Below the pieces are notes generated by a model. That model made no database searches, was not told the origin of the DNA, and worked only from the letters and a program-made list of their open reading frames with translations. Shown here one piece after another: positions 47,918-56,818 of a DNA stretch of 64,000 nucleotides; the stretch's first letter is position 1, and each line of letters starts with the position of its first letter. This DNA is from Gammaproteobacteria bacterium (GTDB lineage: Bacteria; Pseudomonadota; Gammaproteobacteria; Natronospirales; DASSBR01), in NCBI GenBank assembly GCA_035708085.1, contig DASSTE010000074.1, forward strand, positions 67,053 to 131,052, written 5' to 3'. The translations under genes and the position numbers were made by a program.

Positions 47918-48861
47918 AGGATGTGACGAGCAAGCCGGAGACATTGCGCACCGCGCGGGCGACGGCGACCATTCATTGCCCCGAGTTTTGCGTGCCGCTG
48001 TTGCGCGAGCGGCGCACCGAAAAAGGCGATGCTCTGGAAGCCGCGCGCGTGGCCGGTATCATGGCCGCCAAGCGCACACCTGATTTGATTCCGCTGTGTC
48101 ATCCGCTGCCGCTGCTGGCGGTGAAGGTCGAGTTCGAGTTGCAGCAGGCTGCAGTGACAGTTGAGTCCGAAGTGCAACTGATTGCGGCGACGGGTGCGGA
48201 GATGGAGGCGCTGACAGCGGTGTCGGTAGCGGGCTTGACGCTGTACGACATGCTGAAACCGCACGCGGGTACCGATCTCTCAATAGACGACGTGCATTTG
48301 CTCGAGAAGCGTGGCGGCAAGTCGCAGTATCACCGTCGCATCGAGCCGCCGATTCGCGCCGCGGTCATCGTGTTGTCGGATACGGTTGCCGCAGGGAGAA
48401 AGAAAGACTCGGCGGGTGCAGCGGTGCGCGCAGGGCTAGGTCAGGCAAACGTCGAGGTCGAAGGATACGACATCATCCCCGATGAGGCGGATCAGTTGCG
48501 GGTGCGTGTCGAGGAGTGGCTGTCGCAGAAGGTCGATCTGATTGTCACAGTCGGTGGTACCGGTGTCGGGCCACGCGATCGCACCGTTGAAACGATTGCG
48601 CCGATGCTGGAGCGCGAGATGCCCGGCATCATGGAGGCGGCGCGGCAATATGGGCAGCGGCGGACACCGTTCGCGATGCTTTCGCGTGGAGTTGCGGGAC
48701 TCATCGGCGAGACCTTGGTGGTGACGTTCCCGGGAAGCACGCGCGGAGCGAGGGAAACTCTGGACGCGCTACTGGTGGGCGTGCTGCACGTGTTCGAGGT
48801 GTTGCGAAAAGTGCCGCATAAGCATGACTACGGAGCGGAGAAAGTCACATACTTAAGTTGA
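47914..48861 (+). CDS. moaC: fusion protein: cyclic pyranopterin monophosphate synthase MoaC (N-terminal) plus MoaB/Mog-type molybdopterin adenylyltransferase domain (C-terminal)
   Basis: The N-terminal half has AAKRTPDLIPLCHPLPL (MoaC). The C-terminal half has AAVIVLSDT...DLIVTVGGTGVGPRDRT (MoCF_biosynth). It is one uninterrupted 315-aa ORF. Confidence 0.75.
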   Translation: MKDVTSKPETLRTARATATIHCPEFCVPLLRERRTEKGDALEAARVAGIMAAKRTPDLIPLCHPLPLLAVKVEFELQQAAVTVESEVQLIAATGAEMEALTAVSVAGLTLYDMLKPHAGTDLSIDDVHLLEKRGGKSQYHRRIEPPIRAAVIVLSDTVAAGRKKDSAGAAVRAGLGQANVEVEGYDIIPDEADQLRVRVEEWLSQKVDLIVTVGGTGVGPRDRTVETIAPMLEREMPGIMEAARQYGQRRTPFAMLSRGVAGLIGETLVVTFPGSTRGARETLDALLVGVLHVFEVLRKVPHKHDYGAEKVTYLS

Positions 48862-49728
48862 CGCGATTCCTGCTGCCCGGGCTTCGTCATTGGAATCCAC
48901 GATTCTTTCCGGCGCCGAATACACGTTAAACCGTTCGCCGCGCAGAAATCCCACCAGCGTTACACCAAACTCCCGCGCCAGGCGCACGGCGTAACTGCTT
49001 GGTGCCGAGATTGCGCAGACGATCGGGACGCGCGCCATGATGCACTTCTGCAGCAACTCGAAGCTGGCACGGCCGCTGAGCAGCACGATGTGATCGTATA
49101 GTGGCAGGCGGTCGTTGAGCAGCGCCCAGCCATTCAGTTTGTCCATCGCGTTGTGGCGCCCTACGTCTTCGCGCACGGCCTGCAGGTCGCCGTTCGCGTC
49201 AAATAACGCGGCCGCGTGCAGTCCCCCGGTATGCTCGAAGATGCCTTGCGCGGCGCGAAGCTTTTGCGGCAGTCGGTAAAGCAGTTCGGGGCTGACGAGG
49301 GGGCCGGCGGGCAGCGGCGGCAGCGAGTGCATCGGCTCCAGATTGAGCTTGTCTTTGCCGCAGACGCCGCACGCGCTGTTGGAGAGAGAGGAGCGCCGGA
49401 GGAGGGCGGCCTTGCTGTCGGTGAAGGATTTCAGCAGTACGCCTACGGCGTTCGCAGCGCCGGTGACCGGTTCCAGTACGGCAATATCGTTGCGATGTTG
49501 CACAAGCCCTTCGCTGAGCAGCAGACCTGCAGCCAGTTCGAGGTCATGGCCGGGAGTGCGCATGGTGATGACGGGAGCGGTGCCGGCGACGTGTATTTCA
49601 AGCGCTTCCTCGGTGGCGAGCATGTCGTCCTGGAAGGTGGCCTTGCCAGCTTCAAATCGCAACAACCGTACTGGAGAAGAATCCCCCTCCAGCTCCGGCC
49701 CTTCCGGTCTGGGCGCCGCGTTTATCAT
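48853..49728 (-). CDS. fdhD: formate dehydrogenase accessory sulfurtransferase FdhD
   Basis: 291 aa with the conserved SNSACGVCGK cysteine motif. Its 3' end overlaps the 3' end of moaC-moaB by 9 nt (convergent). Confidence 0.85.
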   Translation of the reverse strand: MINAAPRPEGPELEGDSSPVRLLRFEAGKATFQDDMLATEEALEIHVAGTAPVITMRTPGHDLELAAGLLLSEGLVQHRNDIAVLEPVTGAANAVGVLLKSFTDSKAALLRRSSLSNSACGVCGKDKLNLEPMHSLPPLPAGPLVSPELLYRLPQKLRAAQGIFEHTGGLHAAALFDANGDLQAVREDVGRHNAMDKLNGWALLNDRLPLYDHIVLLSGRASFELLQKCIMARVPIVCAISAPSSYAVRLAREFGVTLVGFLRGERFNVYSAPERIVDSNDEARAAGIAST

Positions 49729-50210
49729 TATCTTTCCGTCGGCTTGCCGCTGTAGGCGGAGATCGGCCTGTCGACTTCGCGGTTCAGTCCTTCGCCGAAG
49801 ACCTTCAACGCTTCAAGCAGCGGCGTAACGCCGCGCCAAAGCGCATCGTCGTTCAGCATTTTGTACGCACCTTTGAAACCGGGCGAGCCTGGCTTTTCGG
49901 ATTTGGGTTCGTAACGGGCGACATGTTCCAGCGCATCCCGGAGCGCGAACAGTATCTTGTAGAACTGGTTCGGCTCGATGCGGGACAACAGCATCAGCAC
50001 TACCGACAGGTTTTGTACCGTCTTCCGCGAGCCCTGCTTGTTGAGGCCGTCCACGATGACCTGCGTCCATTGCGTGTTTGCCGCGATCAGGTCGTTCGCC
50101 AGGCGCAGCACGCCGTGTTTGTGCATGGTCTGCAACAGCCGTTCGAGTTCTTCGTGCGCGTCGGGGCCGATCTTCGCAGCGTGCGGCTTGTATTGGATTG
50201 GTTCTGCCAT
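49728..50210 (-). CDS. DUF1641-domain protein (YrhD-like partner of standalone formate dehydrogenases)
   Basis: 160 aa. LERLLQTMHKHGVLRLANDLIAAN...LLSRIEPNQ matches my memory of DUF1641. It sits between fdhA and fdhD. Confidence 0.6.
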   Translation of the reverse strand: MAEPIQYKPHAAKIGPDAHEELERLLQTMHKHGVLRLANDLIAANTQWTQVIVDGLNKQGSRKTVQNLSVVLMLLSRIEPNQFYKILFALRDALEHVARYEPKSEKPGSPGFKGAYKMLNDDALWRGVTPLLEALKVFGEGLNREVDRPISAYSGKPTER

Positions 50211-50211
50211 A

Positions 50212-53181
50212 TCAGATTCTCTCCGGATGCGGCGCCTGTTGTGGCGGCTGTGCGTAATCGTCCCGCGCCCATTTATGTTCCACCTGGACGCCCGGCCGCG
50301 GCGTCGGATTGCCGTAGCGGAAGTTATTCTTTTTCAACGGCGGTTCGCCCTTTTTCTCCGGCAGCTTTTCCAGCTTCACGGCGGTCTCCTTGTACGCCGG
50401 CGTGTTGACGTCCGGGTCGTGCGCGTTGCCGGTGAGCTTGTTCATCGACGGTTTCTCGTGGTGGATCGGCAGGTACAGCTCATTGCCGTGCACACGATCG
50501 GTCACCAGCGCGCGCACCTTGACCGCGCCGCGCCGCGAAATGACGCGCAACCAGGTACCGTCCTCGATACCCCGCTCGGCGGCCAGCTCGCGACCGATTT
50601 CGATGAACCAATGCGGTACTTCGGACTTCATCCGCGGCCCCTGGCCGGTCTGGTTCATCGACTGGAAGTGCTCGAGCAGGCGGCCGTTGTTGACGTGCAG
50701 GTCGAACTCGGAATCGGGCGCCTCTGCCGGCGGCTGCCACTCGAGCGGGTACAACTGCGCCTTGCCGCCGGGCATGTGGAACTTGTCGGTGTAGAGCAGT
50801 GGCGTGTCGGTGCCATCCTCGGCGACTGGCCAGACCAGCGACTTGAAGCCCGACAAGCGCTCGTAATTCACGCCCGCGAACGTCTTACAAATGCCCGCGA
50901 CTTCTTCCATGATTTCGGACGGGTGGGTGTACCCCCAGTCGTGGCCCATGCGCGCCGCGAGATCGGTGAGAATGCGCCAGTCTGGGCGACTGTCGCCCAG
51001 TGGGGGCATGACTTCGTAAAACCGCTGGATGCGCCGCTCGGTGTTGACGAAGGTGCCTTCTTTTTCGACGCTGGCGCAGCCGGGCAGGATCACGTCGGCG
51101 AACTCGGCCGTGGTGCTGACGAACATATCCTCGACCACCATGAAGTCGAGCTTGGAAAAATGCTCATGCGTTTCATGGGCGTTGGATTCGGAAACCGCGG
51201 TTTCCTCGCCGATGATGTACATCGCCTTCAAGTCGTCACCAGCCTTCATCGTCATCTCGAAATTATCCAGGCCCACCTCATTCGACAGCGCCTCCGGCGC
51301 GACGCCCCATCCCTTGGCCCAGCGTGCCCGTGCCTCCTCGTCGGTGACTTTCTCGTAGCCCGGGTAGACGTTCTTGAGCGCGCCGAAATCGCTGGCGCCC
51401 TGCACGTTGTTGTGGCCGCGCATCGGATAGCCGCCGGTGCCGGGCTTGCCGAAATTACCGGTGACGAGCATCAGGTTCGAGAGCGCCGTGCTGGTGTCGG
51501 CGCCGTGGCTGTGCTGGGTGATGCCCATCGCCCACAGCAGGCACACGCGTTCGGCCTTGCCGATCATCTCGGCCGTGTCAACCAATTGCTGTTTCGGCAC
51601 GCCGGTGATTTCTTCGGCGAACTCCATCGTGAACGGTTCGAGCGACTGGCGATATTCCTCGACCTTGGTCACGCGCTGGTTCAAGAAATCCATGTCCGCG
51701 TAGCCGTGGTCGAACATGTATCGCGACATGGCCGAAACCCACACAATGTCCGTGCTCGGCCGGACGTGCAGGTAGATGTCAGCGCGCCCGGCCATTTCGT
51801 GCTTGCGCGGATCGACAACGATCAGCTTCTGGCCGTGGTGCTTGTGCGCACGCTTGATGCGCGAGGCGATCACCGGATGGTTCTCGGCGGTGTTGGTGCC
51901 GACGAGCACCACGACTTCGGCTTTCTCGATATCGCGGATGGTGCCGGAATCAGCGCCGACGCCGACCGTGCGTTGCAGACCCTTGGTGGCCGGGCTCTGA
52001 CAATAGCGCGACGAGTTGTCCACGCTGTTGGTGCCGATGATGAGGCGCGCAATTTTCTGCGTCAGGTAGGCTTCCTCGTTGCTGGCTTTACTGGAGGCGA
52101 TGAAGCCGATGCTGCGCGGCCCGTACTGCTCGCGGATCTCCAGCAGGCGCCGGGCGACCAGGTCCAGGGCCTCGTCCCAGCCCGCTTCGCGGAAGCGGCC
52201 ATTCTCACGAATCAGCGGCGTCGTCAGCCGCTCGGTGCTGTTGACGAAATCCCACGCAAACTTGCCCTTGATGCAGGTCGAGATGCCGTTGGCCGGCGCT
52301 TCCTCCATCGGCTGCACCTTGAGAATATGGCGATCGCGCGTCCACATCTCGAAGCTGCAGCCGACGCCGCAGTAGGTGCAGACCGTCTTGGTGCGCTTGA
52401 TCTCCGGCTGGCGCCACCGCATGTCCATTTCGGAAATGCCGGTAATCGGCGGCGCGCCCATCGTGTTTTCCCAGTCCTTGATCGTGTCGATCAGCGGCCG
52501 CTTGAGCGACTCCGGCATCGACGTGAACGGCCCGGCGTCCGGCTGCATGGTTTTTTCCAGCAGCGCGTTGCACGGGCAGACCGTGACGCAATGGCCGCAC
52601 TGGACGCAGCTCGAATCGTCGATCGGCTTGCCGCCGTCCCACAGCACGCGCGGCCGTTCCATCGACCAGTCGATGCTGAGCGTTTCGTTGACTTCGATGT
52701 TCTGGCAGGCTTCGACGCAGCGCCCGCAGAGGATGCACTGGTCGGGGTCGTACGTGTAGAACGGACTCGATGTGTCCTTGTCGTAGGGCTTGCGCGTGAA
52801 CGGGTAGCGCTGGATCGGCATGGCCATTGCCGCGAACGTGTTGTGCAACTGGCAGTCGCCGGTGTTGTTCTCGCAGACGGTGCAGTAAAGCTCGTGTTTC
52901 GTCAGCACGCGGTCCATGCCTTCCTCGCGCGCCACTTTCGCCCGCGCGCTGTTGCTGACGACGTGCATGCCGTCCGTGGCGGTGAGCGCGCAACTGCGCT
53001 TCAGATCTCCGTTGACCTCGACCCAGCAAGTGTCGCAGGTCTGGATCGGGCCGAGCGTCTTCAAGTAGCAGACGTGAGGGAGATCGATGTCGTGCCGCTT
53101 CAGGAAGTCGATCAGCGGTTCGCCGGTCGGGCCGGAGATCCTTTCGCCGTCGAAGACGATCGTGCAGGTGTTATCCGTCAT
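50212..53181 (-). CDS. fdhA: formate dehydrogenase alpha subunit, YrhE/FdhF-like, with N-terminal 2Fe-2S and 4Fe-4S domains (Cys-type, no selenocysteine)
   Basis: Track ORF trimmed to MTDNTCTIVFDGERI (GGAG RBS). Supporting motifs are CDTCWVEVNG, CILCGRCVEACQ, CVQCGHCVTVCP and the MopB cluster CTYCGVGCSF. It is 989 aa with no in-frame stop. Confidence 0.85.
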   Translation of the reverse strand: MTDNTCTIVFDGERISGPTGEPLIDFLKRHDIDLPHVCYLKTLGPIQTCDTCWVEVNGDLKRSCALTATDGMHVVSNSARAKVAREEGMDRVLTKHELYCTVCENNTGDCQLHNTFAAMAMPIQRYPFTRKPYDKDTSSPFYTYDPDQCILCGRCVEACQNIEVNETLSIDWSMERPRVLWDGGKPIDDSSCVQCGHCVTVCPCNALLEKTMQPDAGPFTSMPESLKRPLIDTIKDWENTMGAPPITGISEMDMRWRQPEIKRTKTVCTYCGVGCSFEMWTRDRHILKVQPMEEAPANGISTCIKGKFAWDFVNSTERLTTPLIRENGRFREAGWDEALDLVARRLLEIREQYGPRSIGFIASSKASNEEAYLTQKIARLIIGTNSVDNSSRYCQSPATKGLQRTVGVGADSGTIRDIEKAEVVVLVGTNTAENHPVIASRIKRAHKHHGQKLIVVDPRKHEMAGRADIYLHVRPSTDIVWVSAMSRYMFDHGYADMDFLNQRVTKVEEYRQSLEPFTMEFAEEITGVPKQQLVDTAEMIGKAERVCLLWAMGITQHSHGADTSTALSNLMLVTGNFGKPGTGGYPMRGHNNVQGASDFGALKNVYPGYEKVTDEEARARWAKGWGVAPEALSNEVGLDNFEMTMKAGDDLKAMYIIGEETAVSESNAHETHEHFSKLDFMVVEDMFVSTTAEFADVILPGCASVEKEGTFVNTERRIQRFYEVMPPLGDSRPDWRILTDLAARMGHDWGYTHPSEIMEEVAGICKTFAGVNYERLSGFKSLVWPVAEDGTDTPLLYTDKFHMPGGKAQLYPLEWQPPAEAPDSEFDLHVNNGRLLEHFQSMNQTGQGPRMKSEVPHWFIEIGRELAAERGIEDGTWLRVISRRGAVKVRALVTDRVHGNELYLPIHHEKPSMNKLTGNAHDPDVNTPAYKETAVKLEKLPEKKGEPPLKKNNFRYGNPTPRPGVQVEHKWARDDYAQPPQQAPHPERI

Positions 53182-54295
53182 TGGAAGCTCCATCCGTGGA
53201 ATTTTCATCATCGCGCTCAAAGCCCGGGACTTCAACATCGCCGCGTTGCGGGATGTCCGGTTCGATCGAAATCAGCCGGGCGTGCTTGAGCTTCGCGCGA
53301 ATCGCCTTTTCGAGCTCGTCGATAGTTGCGGCGACATCCGGAAAGCCCAGCGCCGGATCCATACTGATCTTCGTTTCGACCAGCAGGTCGTCGGGCGCGA
53401 GGTAGAGGCTGCGCACATAGACGATCTCGCGCACGTGCGCGTGATTTTCGAGCGTGCCGCGAATAAAGTCGACTTCTTCCGGCAGCGCCGATTCGCCGAT
53501 CAGCAGCCCCTTCATCTTGATCGCGAGGATTGACGAGACGATCGCGAGCACGATGCCAACGCAAATGCTCGCCAGCGCGTCGAAGATCGGGTTGTCGAGG
53601 ATGATCGTCAGGCTGATGCCGCTGTAGGCGAAGAACAGGCCGCACATCGCCGCGCTGTCCTCAAACACGACCACGGGCACTTCCGGGTTTTTTGCCCGCT
53701 TCAGGTAGTCGGCGTAACTCAGGTCGCCCTTGTCGCGGCGGGCCTGACGCAAGCCCTGCAGGAACGACATGCCGTCCATCAGCAGGCCGATCGTCAGCGA
53801 CAGGTAGGGCACCCAGATAACGGTGATGTCATGATGCTCGCCCCGGGCCAGCGCCAGCACGCCGCGGCCGATCGACAGCACCGCGCCGATGCCGAACATC
53901 ACCACCGACACCATGAACCCCCAGAAATAGCGTTCGCGGCCGAAGCCGAACGAATGCTCCGGCGTTTCCGCCTGGCGCGCCGTCAGGCGGCCGCGCAGCA
54001 TCAGCCCCTGGTTGATCGTGACGGCGGTCGAGTGAATCGCTTCGGCCAGCAGCGCGGACGATTGCACCGCGAAGAAGCCGGCGTACTTGGCGATCGCGAC
54101 GACGAGGTTGGACGTAAAGGCGACGGCAACGGTCTGGATGTTGCCGTCGTATTTTTCCTCGGTGCCCGGAATGGCGCTGATCGCGCCGCCGAAAAAGGCG
54201 CGCGGCCAGGACGGAATCGGCTCGCCTTCGGCGGTTTTTTTCTGCTCGAACACGTGTTGCCTTCCGTGGCTCCGGGAACGCCCCATTCTCTCCAA
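53171..54295 (-). CDS. cation diffusion facilitator (CDF) family transporter
   Basis: 374 aa with six hydrophobic segments and a C-terminal cytoplasmic domain (ESALPEEVDFIRGTLENHAHVREIVYVRS). Its stop overlaps the fdhA start by 11 nt. Confidence 0.7.
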   Translation of the reverse strand: MERMGRSRSHGRQHVFEQKKTAEGEPIPSWPRAFFGGAISAIPGTEEKYDGNIQTVAVAFTSNLVVAIAKYAGFFAVQSSALLAEAIHSTAVTINQGLMLRGRLTARQAETPEHSFGFGRERYFWGFMVSVVMFGIGAVLSIGRGVLALARGEHHDITVIWVPYLSLTIGLLMDGMSFLQGLRQARRDKGDLSYADYLKRAKNPEVPVVVFEDSAAMCGLFFAYSGISLTIILDNPIFDALASICVGIVLAIVSSILAIKMKGLLIGESALPEEVDFIRGTLENHAHVREIVYVRSLYLAPDDLLVETKISMDPALGFPDVAATIDELEKAIRAKLKHARLISIEPDIPQRGDVEVPGFERDDENSTDGASNDG

Positions 54296-54327
54296 TCGGG
54301 CGAGGCGCCTGAATGGGGGAATGCCCT

Positions 54328-55389
54328 TTACTCGATTAACGCGACGGTTTTCACCTGCGCGTATACCTGCAAGCCCGGCTGAAGTTCCAGCATCGCGTAC
54401 GACTTGCGCGTGATCCGGGACAGCAACGCCGCGCCGCCGGCATCAAGTCGCAACAACATGCGGCTCCCGTCGAGCGCATCGGCGGCGACAATGCGCGCGG
54501 GAATCACATTCAGAATGCTGGTCTGCGCATCGCCTTCGAGGCTGATACTGACATCGCGCGCGGCGATGCGCACGCGCAGCTTGTGGCCGAGCGGGGCGTC
54601 ATGTTTCGCCAGCGCCAGCCTTCCGCCGGCGAATTCGAGATAACTGAGCCGGTACTCATCATCGTGTTCGGCGACGACCGCGTCGACAATCGCCGCCGCC
54701 TCGCTTTCGCGCGCGAGCGGCAGGTCGAGGCGGGTAAACATCTCGGCCACCGGCCCGCTTGCCGCCACCCGTCCCGCATCGAGCAGCGCCAAGTGATGGC
54801 CGAGGCGCGCGGCTTCGGCCATCGAGTGCGTGACGTATACGACCGGAATCGACAGCGCCTGATGCAACTGTTCCAGCAGGGGCATAATCGCGTGTTTCGC
54901 CTCGCGATCCAGCCCGGCGAGCGGCTCGTCCATCAACAGCAACTGCGGACTGCTGATCAACGCACGGGCGATGGCGACGCGCTGGCGCTCGCCACCCGAC
55001 AACTCGTCCGGCATGCGATCGAGCAGCGCGTGAAGTTCCAGCCACTGCGCGGCTGCGTCCGGTGAAACGTCGGCTTGCCGCGCCCGCCTGCGCGCGTATT
55101 CCAGATTGCCGCGCACCGTCAGGTGCGGGAACAACGCAGCGTCCTGAAATACGTAGCCGATCGCGCGCCGGTGCGGCGGCAGCCAGATGCCGCGATCACT
55201 GTCCTGCCAGCACATATCACCGAAGCGCAAGCGACCCTGCGGCGCGCGTTCCAGCCCGGCGATGCAACGCAGCAGCGTCGTCTTGCCGGCGCCGGAGCGG
55301 CCGAACAGCACGCTGACGCCGCGCGACGGCAGGCGCAAGTCGATATCCAGATCGAAGGCCTGCTTGCGCAGCCGGAAACGGGCGCTCAC
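54328..55389 (-). CDS. modC: molybdate ABC transporter ATP-binding protein (with C-terminal TOBE/Mop domain)
   Basis: Track ORF 54328..56103 trimmed to GTG 55389, which overlaps the modB stop (GTGA). Walker A is GRSGAGKTT and the signature is LSGGERQRVAIARAL. Confidence 0.85.
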   Translation of the reverse strand: MSARFRLRKQAFDLDIDLRLPSRGVSVLFGRSGAGKTTLLRCIAGLERAPQGRLRFGDMCWQDSDRGIWLPPHRRAIGYVFQDAALFPHLTVRGNLEYARRRARQADVSPDAAAQWLELHALLDRMPDELSGGERQRVAIARALISSPQLLLMDEPLAGLDREAKHAIMPLLEQLHQALSIPVVYVTHSMAEAARLGHHLALLDAGRVAASGPVAEMFTRLDLPLARESEAAAIVDAVVAEHDDEYRLSYLEFAGGRLALAKHDAPLGHKLRVRIAARDVSISLEGDAQTSILNVIPARIVAADALDGSRMLLRLDAGGAALLSRITRKSYAMLELQPGLQVYAQVKTVALIE

Positions 55390-56078
55390 GCCGTCCGGCG
55401 GATACGTTGAACTTGTCGCACGCGGCGATGGTTCAGCGCGTACAGCAATATCAGCAGCACGAACGCCCATCCGATAATCCCGGCTGAAAGTAGATTGGCT
55501 TGTCCATAATTCAGCGCCTCGACGTGATCGTAAATCGCCACCGACAGCACGCGCGTCTTGCCGGGGATGTTGCCGCCGATCATCAGCACGACGCCGAATT
55601 CCCCGACCGTGTGCGCAAAACCGAGGCCGGCGGCGGTGATGATGCCGGGCCGCGCGAGCGGCAGGACGACGCTTCTGAAGCGGTCCAGCGGGCCGGCACG
55701 CATTGTCGCCGCCGCTTCGAGCATGCGCGAATCGATAGCCGCGAACGCGTTGTATAACGGCTGCACGACGAACGGCAGCGAATACATCACCGAGCCGATC
55801 ACAAGACCGGTGAAGGTAAAGGCGAGCCCGCCGCCGCCCAGCGCGCGACTGATGCGCCCGATCGGCCCGTCGGGCGCCAGCGCGAGCAGCAGGTAGAAAC
55901 CGATCACCGTCGGCGGCAGCACGACCGGCAGCGCCGTCAGCGCGAGCACCACCGGCTTGAACGGCGATCGCGTGCGCGCCAGCCACCAGGCGAGCGGCGT
56001 GCCGAGGATCAGCAGGATCAGCGTGGTCAGCCCCGCCAGTTGCAGCGTCAGCCAGACCGCATTCAGGTCCGCGTTCAT
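55386..56078 (-). CDS. modB: molybdate ABC transporter permease
   Basis: Track ORF trimmed to MNADLNAVWLTLQLAG. The EAA loop is EAAATMRAGPLDRFRSVVLPLARPG. It has an ATGA overlap with modA. Confidence 0.85.
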   Translation of the reverse strand: MNADLNAVWLTLQLAGLTTLILLILGTPLAWWLARTRSPFKPVVLALTALPVVLPPTVIGFYLLLALAPDGPIGRISRALGGGGLAFTFTGLVIGSVMYSLPFVVQPLYNAFAAIDSRMLEAAATMRAGPLDRFRSVVLPLARPGIITAAGLGFAHTVGEFGVVLMIGGNIPGKTRVLSVAIYDHVEALNYGQANLLSAGIIGWAFVLLILLYALNHRRVRQVQRIRRTA

Positions 56079-56818
56079 GGCAGCCGGTAGCCGAAACGCG
56101 CAATGATCGAGCGCGCCTTCGTTTTCAAATACTGCATAAATGCGCGTGCGGACGGATTGTCCTGCCCATGTTTCAGCAGCACTGCCTGTTGTGTCAGCGG
56201 TCGATACAGCTTTTGCGGCACCGGCCACGTCGCGCCGCGTGCGGCAACCAGTTGCGATCGCGCGACCAATCCGAGTGCCGCGTTGCCGCTCACCACGAAC
56301 TGGTAGGCCTGGTTGATGCTCTCGCCGCGCACCAGTCGTGGCGCGATCGCAGGCCACAAATGCAGACTGACCAGCACCTGTTTCGCGGCGGCGCCATACG
56401 GGGCAGTGCGCGGATCGGCGATGGCGAGATGATCGAAATCATCCTGCTTCAGCACCTGTTCGCTGACTGTTCCGCGCCGCGGCGCCCACAGCACAAGCTC
56501 GCCGATGGCATAGGTAAAGCGGCTGCCAGGGACGGTGAGGCCCGCCTGTTCCAGCCGCCCGGGGCGGGCGGCATCCGCGGCGAGAAACAGGTCGTAGGGC
56601 GCACCATGACTGATTTGCGCAAACAGCGCGCCGGTAGATGCGCTGCTGGTACGGATCACATAGCCGGTCTGCCTTTCGAATTGCTTTGTCAGTCTCTGCA
56701 TCGGGCGGGTGAAGTTGGCAGCGACGGCGGCATAGGCTGTTTCGCCAGCAGCGTATGCCGGCATCCATGCCACGAGAGCAAACGTAAATGCAGCAAGAAA
56801 TGACGAAAAGAAAATCAT
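56075..56818 (-). CDS. modA: molybdate ABC transporter periplasmic binding protein
   Basis: Track ORF trimmed to MIFFSSFLAAFTFALVAWMPAYA (signal peptide). The SSASTGALFAQISHGAPYDLFLAAD pattern is present. Confidence 0.8.
   Translation of the reverse strand: MIFFSSFLAAFTFALVAWMPAYAAGETAYAAVAANFTRPMQRLTKQFERQTGYVIRTSSASTGALFAQISHGAPYDLFLAADAARPGRLEQAGLTVPGSRFTYAIGELVLWAPRRGTVSEQVLKQDDFDHLAIADPRTAPYGAAAKQVLVSLHLWPAIAPRLVRGESINQAYQFVVSGNAALGLVARSQLVAARGATWPVPQKLYRPLTQQAVLLKHGQDNPSARAFMQYLKTKARSIIARFGYRLP

Noticed and set aside
50212-53181. Selenocysteine-containing formate dehydrogenase
   Set aside because: The alpha-subunit frame is uninterrupted with no in-frame TGA, and no selA/selB/selC genes are nearby, so it is a Cys-type enzyme.
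49978-53289. 1103-aa ORF on the plus strand, the longest in the track
   Set aside because: It is exactly antisense to fdhA. The product is Arg/Ala/Gly/Val/His-rich with no recognisable motifs. Long stop-free antisense frames are expected in GC-rich DNA, whereas the fdhA frame carries clear Fe-S and MopB motifs.
54328-56103. N-terminal extensions of track ORFs, for example 54328..56103, 37967..39475, 58030..59877, 21153..23003, 25381..26619, 34691..35158 and 38962..40263
   Set aside because: The extensions run through the upstream gene in another frame and are Arg/Pro/Ala-rich. They end at an internal ATG, GTG or TTG that overlaps the upstream stop (ATGA, GTGA or TTGA) and restores a family-typical length. 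The shorter coordinates were used.
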